Source of the DNA: Chloropicon primus
Taxonomy: Eukaryota
Assembly: GCA_023205875.1 (NCBI GenBank)
Contig: CP060767.1
Location: 310,001-374,000, forward strand
Direction: 5' to 3'
DNA length: 64,000 nucleotides
Below are positions 58,101-64,000 of this stretch, one piece after another. The notes under the pieces are model-generated. The model was not told where the DNA came from. It saw nothing but the letters and a program-made list of their open reading frames with translations, and ran no database searches. How positions within the stretch are numbered: position 1 is the stretch's first letter; each line of letters starts with the position of its first letter. The position numbers and the translations under genes are program-made.

Positions 58101-61100
58101 ACGTCTACAATGGCGATCACTGGAAATCAAGTCAGAAGAAGGGCAGTGACGACTCTCTTCAGTTGCTGTTCTCGTGGAAACCGTACCGGCAACTGGCTGC
58201 AAGCCTGCAAAACCTTGCCGACTTTCACAATCTCTTGTCTGAGCTCCAGGTCTTGCCAACGCTGGTGGGTTTCTGCAACTCGGACGAGCATTCTGCAGAA
58301 AGCCTCAGCGAAGCCAGAAATGCTCTGCAAAGGATCACCCTCTTCGCTACAGGTAAAAATTGCCGGTCTCCTCTTGACTTCGTTGTTCACCAGCAGCTTC
58401 TTTGGCTGCTTGAAAATGACTCTCACGGGGACAAGCGTTTGCTAGTCTCACAAGTCCACGAGCTTTCCTACAATTGGTTCGAGTCCCTGGTGAGGACTTG
58501 CAAGAATTTTGCGTGCGCGCACGGCGGCGAGGAGGAGAGCAAGATGGGCGAAATTCGGCTCGAGAGCAATCTTTTCAGTTCGTTGTACTATGGCCATGGC
58601 AAGATCACCTCGGAACTGATTTCCTACAACATTCCTTGTGTACTGCAGCGTGTTTACATCAATGCTCTGAAAGATGCCGAAATGGTTCTTCACAAGAGCC
58701 TGAAGTCCATCAACCGTGGTGCTGACAAGGACTATGAGCGAAGAAACCAGATCGAGGCATTCAAACAAATTTTGCTTTGCCATGCCAGTTCCATTGATCG
58801 GAACAGTGAAGAGGACCAGGCGAACTTCAACAAGATCAAATGTCTCGGCAGCAGCTCGACCGGGTCTTTGGATTCCCTGTCCAACATCACGCAGAGCATC
58901 TTTCCCGAAGCCTGTGGGAAGCTGACCGAGCGCATCATCCAGGCCTTGAGAGACAAGCCCGACGGGGGGGCATCTGTCCGAATGCAGACGGGTCACACCT
59001 GGCTTTTGTTGGGATTGCTGAGAATACATCTTGCTGTTCCTCCGAACGGTTACGATCCTGCTCTCAAACCAGCGCACGAGGCGGGTGAAATCGAAGTAGA
59101 GCGCGCTCAGGATGCCATGGTCGTGGACATCATCGATCAAACTCAGCTGGGCCAGTACGGTCAGTCGTTCCCTTTGCACGGCGTTCAGAGTGCGTTGACA
59201 CAGAAACTGAAGTGCGATGCTGTCAGGATCGCGCAGCTGAAGAGAAACATCCCTCTCAGAGACGATAGCAATGTGTCGTACCAAGATCTCGTGCGCGACG
59301 TTTCTGCTTTCCTTGCACAGAGGCTTGGGATCGATGGCATTCTGTCGGTCCTTGGAACACTTGAGTCGGATCCACTGGCACTGGATTCGTTGAATTCGAT
59401 CGGGGAGACAGCAGCGATGTGGAGTACGAGCATGAAAGCAAAGTACTCATCATATGCAGACATCTTGCAGCCTCTGAACTTGGGCGTGCTTCAATTTTCT
59501 TACGGTGTCTCTGCCATCAATGCGGCTCTCCATGAGAAGAAAGACTTTTCAACCAAATTGTTTGGCGAGTTGCTGTCGTTCCCCGGGGGCAACTCTTCTG
59601 CGCTTGCGGAGGCCATGGCAACATACCTTGAGGGCTCCCAATTGGAAGTTGATGACAAACACCTCCGGATGATAAGGATACTGCGCTGCTGCCTGGCAGG
59701 CTTCGTGGACAAGCTTCGCCTCTGCAAATTTTCGAATCAGTTGTGGAACATGTCAAACGCTTTGCTTGGCCAGTACACCCATATTTGGGACATTGCCAAG
59801 GAAAAGGAAGACAGGGAGCTCGAGGAGGCTGCTTCCCTCTTCAAGAGCTCTGCAAGGGGTGGAAAGGAGGGGTCAAGGGAATTTCAGCGCGTTCTTATGG
59901 ACGAAGATGGCAACTACGAGCAAGACAGTTTCATCGAGGGCGAAATTAAGGAGAACATCAAGGAGAAGATGGAGAGAGATTTTGCTTACGAGATCATGCT
60001 GAATCATTGGAGAGCGACCCAAGCGTTCAAGGAAGAGATTGATCACACCTCTTGCCCCGGTGAAATTCAATTCATTGAGGATGAGGATGCTGCTCGCCTG
60101 GAGGAGTTTGTGGATTGCTACGACGCCCTGTCAGACTCCAAGGAGTTGCAAGGTTCCTACTTGCAGAGCTGCAGCCACGGGGTAGTGAATGCCCACATCA
60201 TGAGAACACACTTGAGGCAGAAGCTGCTTTCCGAATCTCAGGGCGTGCTTGCGATGCACGTGCACGTGCAGCGCTTCTATGCGAGAGTAGACAAGATCAG
60301 GGAGGAGTGGCCCGACAATGAGCTCTTGGCGCAGCTCAGAAACATCTCAGGACGGTTGCTCCTCCTTCCTGCGGATGCCCCAATCAAGAAAGCAATGAGT
60401 GGGCTAGAGCTGCTCTTGCTGAGATCTCTGACTTGGGAAGAGAGCGCGGCTCAGCACGTGTCTCTGAGGAGAGAGATCGAATCCCTCACAATTGTTGCGA
60501 ACGGGTGGAGGAAGGAAGAGCTGAAGTCCATGGAGGACCTCTTTAAGGAAAACTTCCAGAAGCACGTCAAGATGGCCTCCGTGGGCTGGTTGCATCTCTT
60601 CGAAATTCTTAAGCACTTCACGTCAACAAAAGCGTGCAAGCTCAACTTGGGCGAAATCCTGGAATCGATCGAGGAGTTCATACAAACTTCTTCGATCGGT
60701 CAGTTCGAGACTCGTCTTGCTATAGTGAAGATGTTCTACACGCATCTGCAAGTTCATGCACTTTTGAATGGACCGACGGCAAAGCGGTACGAGATTCTGA
60801 GATACTTGTCCGGAATGCTTCAGAACTTGCATTCCTACTACTCTCAATTCCTGGAATCTATCCGAGGGGAAATAGAGAGCGGGACGGGGGTGCTCTCTAA
60901 AGAGCTCTTTGATTTCATCCAGCTGTCAAAGTGGGAGGATCTGAATGTGTATGCCATGAGAAACAGCATTGACAAGTCCAACAGAACCCTTCATAAGTTG
61001 CGTGTGAAGCACGACGAGCTCCTGAGAAAGGGCATCAAAGATATCTTGCAAGCGCAGTCGAAGAAAATTTCGATCAATGGCCTGTCAAGCGAGTTCTCAA

Positions 61101-64000
61101 AGGGCGCCAAGTCTTCCAACATTTTCGAGTCCCTAAGCAGCTGCTGTTGGAATGCATACAAATTGTTGTCAGAGTCTCGCGAAGGGGCTGAAGGATCAAT
61201 GGCGCACGCCGCGGCGTTGGCACGAGCAAGCCCCCAGCTGAAGAGTAACTTCCGTGGCAATGACAAGCATTCGCATAGGAAGATGTTGCCTAAGCTTGTC
61301 GTGAGGGCCTCGAAGCTGTGCAAGCCTCTGTTCTACGGCAGCCAACATTCGGGCTACTGGTTCAAAGTCGCGGCCTGCATCGACGACTCGGCCTTTGAGG
61401 TCGCTCACAGAGCATCGCAGCTAAGGGGCTTGGACGATTCCGCAAAGATGCAGAAGCAGAAGGCCCTGAGTGACCTCTTCAAGAGCCTGAAGAATCTTGG
61501 GTATTCCAACACAAGGAAGCTTATTTCTCTGCAAAGTGTCTTCCTGAAGTACTTCAAGACTCCATCGTCCACGTCGATTTCCGGGGTCTGCACGTCCTTG
61601 CTGGGAGAGAAAATGTCAGACGAAGTCCATCTCGACCTTTTCGCAAAGTCGGAGACATACTTTTACAGATCTCTTGCAGCGTACCAGGAGCTTTCGAGCC
61701 TCACTGCGGATTATCATCCCGATATCCAAGGAAGCGAATTCGAGAGCATGGTGGCTTACGTGCAAAATTTGCTGGACACCTGCTTTCAACTCAGGTCGCT
61801 GCTGGACTCTTCGGCTCTGAGGAGCGGCACGGTTCGCAACCTGGTGGATACGATGGCGAACCTCGCCGGATACTTTGAGGAGGGCGAAAAGAATTCTCTT
61901 CGACCTTTCGATGGCAAGCGCACGCGGGAATGGCTTTGGAAAGTCGACGCCGCGTGCGAGTATGCATGCAAGCTTATCCAGGATTCCAAGCTGCTGCTAG
62001 AAAACTCTTGCTATGACACCAGTGAAAGTGTTCCTGAACTTTTGGAGATACTCCAGTCCTCAAAGGACTGTGCGCGGGAAATGAAGTCGTTGCTTGCTCC
62101 AAAGTTCAGCAAATCTCAGACAATGAGCGAGATGATCCAGGTGCACAAGAAGAGCAAGAAGAAAAAGATTTCCTGGAAAGATCTTTGGCCAATATTCCCA
62201 GCAAAGGGCAGCATTCCGCGTGCAAAGGACGTCCTTTGCAGGCTGTGGGGCTTGCACGCGCAGCTTCTTTTGTGTGAAAAGAAGTTGGGCAACAAGGGCT
62301 TCTCTGCATTGGAAGGCATTGCAAAATCCCTTGAGCAAGAACTCTCTCTCGTCCAAGAATTCGAGGAGCCCGCCCGCGGGAGACAGATGGAGGACGCCGA
62401 ATATGCAGCTTTCATGTCTTCTGCTGGCAAAAGCATTGAAAGGACGACAGAGGACCTTCTGATTTGGATGGAGCAGCTCTCCTTGCACAAAGATGATCAG
62501 GCCCAGGAATGGCTGCGATCGGACGAGGCCGATTGGGATTCTCTGCAAGCAAACTTGGCGACGAGCAAGCTTGCAATTTTGGGCAGCCAGGTGAACATCA
62601 AGCACGCTTGCCAAGCCGAGGAAAACCTGGTGCAGCTGTTCCAAATTTTGAGCTCAAAGGATTTGAGGTCCGAGGACGACTTGGTTCTCGTGCTGCAAGA
62701 AGTGTCGAGCCTGAAGGACCTCTGTGAGGTCGCCATTGCTACGTATCAGGATCTGTCCATACAAACGTTGGCGCTCTCGAAGGCTCTGGCAAAACTTACT
62801 CACATCTGCTCCTCCGTCTTTGTGGGCTTGTGCAAAGACGGCTACTGCTCCCCGCCGGACGCCAGCGACAGGAGGGTTGACGAGAATGGCGCATTTGAGG
62901 AAGCCGATGGCGTTGGAATGGGAGAGGGGGAAGGGGCGAAGGACGTTAGCGACAAGATTGAGAACGAGGAGCAGGTGGAGGGCCTGAAAGGCGACGATCC
63001 GGGGGAGGACAAGGAGGCTCAACCAGAGGAAAACACCAAGGGCGTTGAAATGGGAGATGACTTTGAGGGCAACATGTTCGACATATCAGAAGACGAAAGC
63101 GATGGCGAGAACAACGAGGAGGAGGGAGAGGAGCAAGAGAACTTGGATCAGCAGATTGGAGACATGGATGAGACTTTTGATGCGGCGGACGAGCGTCTCT
63201 GGAACGACGAGGATGAAGAGAGCCAGAACAAGGAGAAGGAAGAGGACGGGGATGCTATTGGTGGCCTGACAGATGACATGATGGCCGCTGAGGACGGAAA
63301 CGATAAGGACGAGAAGGAGGCCGAGCAGGAGAAGAATGCCGAGCAGGAGAAGGAGAAGGGCGCGGACGAGAAAGAAGCTGATGAGGAGATCAACGACATG
63401 GAGGCGGACAAGGACCATGGCTTGCACGTGGACAAGGAGTTGAAGGAGGAGGAGGATGGCGACGGTGAGGACGAGGAGAGGGAAAAAGAGGAAGGTGGAA
63501 ACGAGGGAGAAGGAGAGGGGGAGGTGGAGAAGCAGCCAGACGAGAAATCTGAGAATGATGGGCAGGAAGCTGCGGAGACGGAGCCAATGAAGGCGGAAGA
63601 GGCTGATACAGGCGATAATGGCGAGGAGGAGGGGGGCGAGGATGCTTTGGCTGACTTGCCTGAGCTGGGTGATCAGGAGGACTCCAAGGATCAAGATGAG
63701 AACGAAGAAATGGAAGACCAGCCTGGAGAGACCAAGGAGCAACCCAACGATATGGAGGAGAACGAGGAGGAGAACGAGGGGGAGGATCCGATGGACACCG
63801 AGTACCAGCAGAATAACGACGATCTTCAGGACAATGACGACGCCGCCGGGAATGAGGGCCCAGAAGGTCAGCCCAGCCGCCAAGACCTCCCGGAAGATCA
63901 TGTGAACTCTGGCGCGGGAGGCAGCCACGGCATGCGCGACCAGGACGAGGACGCCTTGGACAGAGCCGACGAGCAGGAGATGGACAAGGACTGGACTGCA
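49142..64000 (+). CDS. MDN1: Midasin (Rea1/MDN1) AAA+ ribosome-biogenesis ATPase, 3'-truncated by the window
   Basis: Absent from the ORF track because no stop lies within the window. The frame at ATG 49142 is the same as at the window end. Walker A motifs GPAGCGKS, GETGIGKT, GPTSAGKT, GETGCGKT and GSPGVGKS, repeated DExNLA and FATQNP/ATMNP motifs, a long linker, GMGEGEGAKDVSDKIENEEQ and a D/E-rich tail. Confidence 0.95.
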   Translation, partial: MAEGMTVRGGEDGMEVGEGVSMEGVIEGFGAEGTARPTPEAFEVWERLYIDQQGGGGGARSAAGMVRMDAEGDPLEVMCGLIWMHGPRGTIASALAFKPVLKEVATHVSESCARAEPRAVVCVTSALLMLAELHPVVRPVVKRHCLRYEVSFRHCGAGDGPGDGAGWLDAVELAKAGYRAVCLTRKASVYPWDWKSYIDLMGSEDARVRWFVLNACGKLLGLPQQTRIGLLSRDFSLAERLQHYLDWRFEQRKLSELRSRVLYSDTVPYEHIEGLKSTVFIPTLDGVTISDDGRRRGESNASYVRTASCTGIYEYILASLEQNRHMILFGPAGCGKSALMKSLREQRRKKGDDVLTVHMHKSMDSRALVGTYVCTSQAGEFQWKEGPLTIAALQGKWLCIEEINSAPQEALALLAGVSETNEIHVPGRGTLRVKPGFMMFGLCTHESGSGVSYPPCSLHLQSRVWAYHSLPMHTVDESVDIALALYPALSPLRDSLSSAYSFVSRIVEKGWQDDKGTQQAIQSADLSSGEVMANLRCKFNLRHLLQLCNRLVECHGEWITPGAPSETIRKMAFYHTVDVFCGSIRDEEFGKKFSALFLGFWGLSSYHKDEFDLYKPVMDVKKSKLTIGRASLGRKDTGRAEDKGLPFVVTTHSLRLLERTAIAIQTQEPILLVGETGIGKTACIQHLSAITGTELLVLNMNQQSDSSDLVGSFRPVESHLLLMPMLSSFQSLVSRTWPAGNNIEFFRRLHSYAHKKKWMKLIHGFKIALQKLLKSSTLLGAETFKYLSAYLLEDNASSSQAKRAKIESESSLGEEVQKQWRAFVDELSKIEVQVLTDMKSNAATKAHFSFSFIEGILVRAMKEGKWLLVDEINLAPSEALEKLFAVLDSKMGTFSLTERGDTEVIERHPDFRFFAAMNPGTDAGKKELAANLRSRFTEFYVQESLCREDLEDIVRSSFKKMSMDNPPATALVDFYLHAKQESKVRLYDCAGQKPHYSLRTLCRTLEYILKAIPMYGMSKSIKDGVFMAFFTQLDKESRSVLSQYLHSKLGKEFNDEFHERSLGAADPFVQFESFFLRKGPLEVKTAGDPEFAKYIITKSIKQRLRDLARAIYFHKSPILLQGPTSAGKTSLIKHIASATGYKCIRINNHANTDVQEYTGTYSTDMHGNIRFHEGPLVQALRMGHWVILDELNLAPSDVLEALNRLLDDNRELYVPEINETIKPHPNFMLFATQNPAGAYGGRKTLSRAFRNRFIEIYVDDIPEQELPTILEKSCLIAESQAKRMVQSSKKLRQYRQKSAVFAGKHGYITPRDLLKWGYRSQRSTLQEMSDNGYSLLAERLRDEDEKVIVKSILEKEFKATLKTGGMYGGYVTDLLESTDKSMLAGHKISMGKSMQRLFALIHKCWQNGEPVLLVGETGCGKTTACQLLAQLAQKRLHIYNCHQHSETSDFIGSYRPSRNTQGATENFLSAAREILGVESVRCSCEGIEEVDALSNPDCSLLNMSKALGCIEDACAKLAEGELLHLSPKLETMRACHAEMRVPFEWVDGPLVTAMKSGDFILVDELSLAEDAVLERLNSVLEVGGSITLSEKGSDEVEEIVPKQGFFLLATMNPGGDFGKRELSPALRNRFTEVWVPPIQDLDEIRSIIKERLSSEALSGEVVENMLKVWQFLYDNSSEGLEGNKKQFLSIRDLAAWADFINLKAEELGPSMAFGHGAYLVFLDGFGVGTGNSFHVNDLKEKSEELVANLSGVGQKADLTSPAAKVIADGESEWGIHPFFVSKGSGEQHSSSKYSMTSRTAMKNLWRILRAMQMQRALLLEGSPGVGKSSMIQNLAFLTSNQLVRINLSEHTDMMDLLGAESPCDPSTNDGALFKWQDGPLLLAIKNGSWVLLDELNLAQQSVLEGLNALLDHRAEIFIPELNKAFVCSPSFKIFATQNPMHEGGGRKGLPKSFLNRFTKVYMEGLNRDDFHHILEVLYSDLPQWLLHSILAFNDEVKEAVRVRSIGQSGGPWDFNFRDVTRCIDIIYSICQNLESLSVLPPVLALQKKYAGGESGASFRDLKEIAGKAIESVYMQRMRSAADKSFLADLFLKEFELDYFNTRSSIPEVRIGRSGLCAGLARMECNTSTVTDSYRWASLDVLQGLHTSLESAVYAISNGWMCSFVGDWKAAGISIPSFVAGVTGHDLKVIKLTNCTDTSDLLGSFEQHSLEGEVLSVCRSLSLVIKRVSTILMEGEASDMCGATNLVLDLQQELLKVESFALSCSKIKGEYLLSQLDAICKRVVQMKDAIVDNAQGEQEFASTMAEIIATMKAIASNAGKKTFSGFSWIDGPLVESIKEGKWILLEDANLCNPAVLDRLNPLLEGSNSYFMLNESTGSMERLTPHRDFRLFLAWDPSCGGEISRAMRNRGIEINFMRESLHLQVVDRIGKGKCLDTISSVSGVLSCMLSFFAKNGVRPTLLSEGLLSQLLSFLGENPQASGEEKGKEILLSMLMDYFSILDHTSYGVRGHRQHMEFAMQYTRSLHHHRAEGATAGNKVIGNAKVLSEILSCYYGRLNMTSGDLLEPDFLVLDSDSTCLVNLLGASQGRQKELRHALEHFLYSARSEDDLALRQCYALRVFHHAGSLGPKDSVAFEALQSFVQKKVPNPLAGKIFEIGREIRSCYAGTDVFQHLSQDQNLDLLMGQAKAVLEQLYAMDESAMVEETRNCINASVHVDSVETMSVLSFSIGISKSGELQYMEESLSANAAFKHVHALLISFYNFENAVFKSLPGIWTKAFRDTFSLYQKQRSHLVQWMETERAKSVQNFDYFVYLLVGMKECVKRLRCDVNAGGSKSYHLQVASLWDSVNILMHNLTGIGEQFQYEIPKIYEAGKPLCVADSGVLALMKMLRSVGSALTFENGRVSLHQDDFAVSTFRKDIQKGVALIFLAAQDGDEDKLQSANQICEILEKKYSYLLQKSAECNAMVVDDDVEPDEHVHKILAEDMNLNVYNGDHWKSSQKKGSDDSLQLLFSWKPYRQLAASLQNLADFHNLLSELQVLPTLVGFCNSDEHSAESLSEARNALQRITLFATGKNCRSPLDFVVHQQLLWLLENDSHGDKRLLVSQVHELSYNWFESLVRTCKNFACAHGGEEESKMGEIRLESNLFSSLYYGHGKITSELISYNIPCVLQRVYINALKDAEMVLHKSLKSINRGADKDYERRNQIEAFKQILLCHASSIDRNSEEDQANFNKIKCLGSSSTGSLDSLSNITQSIFPEACGKLTERIIQALRDKPDGGASVRMQTGHTWLLLGLLRIHLAVPPNGYDPALKPAHEAGEIEVERAQDAMVVDIIDQTQLGQYGQSFPLHGVQSALTQKLKCDAVRIAQLKRNIPLRDDSNVSYQDLVRDVSAFLAQRLGIDGILSVLGTLESDPLALDSLNSIGETAAMWSTSMKAKYSSYADILQPLNLGVLQFSYGVSAINAALHEKKDFSTKLFGELLSFPGGNSSALAEAMATYLEGSQLEVDDKHLRMIRILRCCLAGFVDKLRLCKFSNQLWNMSNALLGQYTHIWDIAKEKEDRELEEAASLFKSSARGGKEGSREFQRVLMDEDGNYEQDSFIEGEIKENIKEKMERDFAYEIMLNHWRATQAFKEEIDHTSCPGEIQFIEDEDAARLEEFVDCYDALSDSKELQGSYLQSCSHGVVNAHIMRTHLRQKLLSESQGVLAMHVHVQRFYARVDKIREEWPDNELLAQLRNISGRLLLLPADAPIKKAMSGLELLLLRSLTWEESAAQHVSLRREIESLTIVANGWRKEELKSMEDLFKENFQKHVKMASVGWLHLFEILKHFTSTKACKLNLGEILESIEEFIQTSSIGQFETRLAIVKMFYTHLQVHALLNGPTAKRYEILRYLSGMLQNLHSYYSQFLESIRGEIESGTGVLSKELFDFIQLSKWEDLNVYAMRNSIDKSNRTLHKLRVKHDELLRKGIKDILQAQSKKISINGLSSEFSKGAKSSNIFESLSSCCWNAYKLLSESREGAEGSMAHAAALARASPQLKSNFRGNDKHSHRKMLPKLVVRASKLCKPLFYGSQHSGYWFKVAACIDDSAFEVAHRASQLRGLDDSAKMQKQKALSDLFKSLKNLGYSNTRKLISLQSVFLKYFKTPSSTSISGVCTSLLGEKMSDEVHLDLFAKSETYFYRSLAAYQELSSLTADYHPDIQGSEFESMVAYVQNLLDTCFQLRSLLDSSALRSGTVRNLVDTMANLAGYFEEGEKNSLRPFDGKRTREWLWKVDAACEYACKLIQDSKLLLENSCYDTSESVPELLEILQSSKDCAREMKSLLAPKFSKSQTMSEMIQVHKKSKKKKISWKDLWPIFPAKGSIPRAKDVLCRLWGLHAQLLLCEKKLGNKGFSALEGIAKSLEQELSLVQEFEEPARGRQMEDAEYAAFMSSAGKSIERTTEDLLIWMEQLSLHKDDQAQEWLRSDEADWDSLQANLATSKLAILGSQVNIKHACQAEENLVQLFQILSSKDLRSEDDLVLVLQEVSSLKDLCEVAIATYQDLSIQTLALSKALAKLTHICSSVFVGLCKDGYCSPPDASDRRVDENGAFEEADGVGMGEGEGAKDVSDKIENEEQVEGLKGDDPGEDKEAQPEENTKGVEMGDDFEGNMFDISEDESDGENNEEEGEEQENLDQQIGDMDETFDAADERLWNDEDEESQNKEKEEDGDAIGGLTDDMMAAEDGNDKDEKEAEQEKNAEQEKEKGADEKEADEEINDMEADKDHGLHVDKELKEEEDGDGEDEEREKEEGGNEGEGEGEVEKQPDEKSENDGQEAAETEPMKAEEADTGDNGEEEGGEDALADLPELGDQEDSKDQDENEEMEDQPGETKEQPNDMEENEEENEGEDPMDTEYQQNNDDLQDNDDAAGNEGPEGQPSRQDLPEDHVNSGAGGSHGMRDQDEDALDRADEQEMDKDWTA

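Noticed and set aside
1..64000. CRISPR arrays, tRNA/rRNA genes, transposase or reverse-transcriptase ORFs, prokaryotic operons
   Set aside because: None seen. The repeats are microsatellites or two-copy duplications, and the genes are spliced eukaryotic genes.

Overview
This is gene-dense, GC-rich eukaryotic nuclear DNA with short GT-AG introns, CTGAC/CTAAC-type branch points, many microsatellites and TGTAA-type poly(A) signals. That fits a compact-genome green alga; a Chloropicon/prasinophyte-like source is my inference. About 22 protein genes are supported, mostly in alternating divergent and convergent pairs: HVA22/REEP (partial), IQCH-like, a coiled-coil protein, RWDD1, a BASS transporter, p47/PUX, squalene synthase, PIG-L, LENG1-like, an Obg GTPase, an inositol monophosphatase, a tRNA-binding OB-fold protein, an organellar EF-P, a CDPK, a lipoxygenase-like protein, ALKBH8, a CHUP1-C-domain protein, a giant coiled-coil/M48 fusion, selenoprotein F, IGHMBP2, DEX1 and a >14.8 kb midasin ORF that runs off the end. 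The ORF track misses a three-layer locus: a UGA-recoded selenoprotein F gene, its 3'-UTR SECIS, and a box C/D snoRNA in its first intron. Other highlights are a VHS-like/UIM/poly-Pro/CHUP1-C protein (candidate ubiquitin-coupled actin nucleator), two pseudoenzymes that have lost their metal ligands (LOX and M48), and a ~250-bp element plus a TCTTTC(C/G)AA(C/A/G)GAG motif recurring upstream of unrelated genes. All family calls come from motif recognition by eye, with no database searches.
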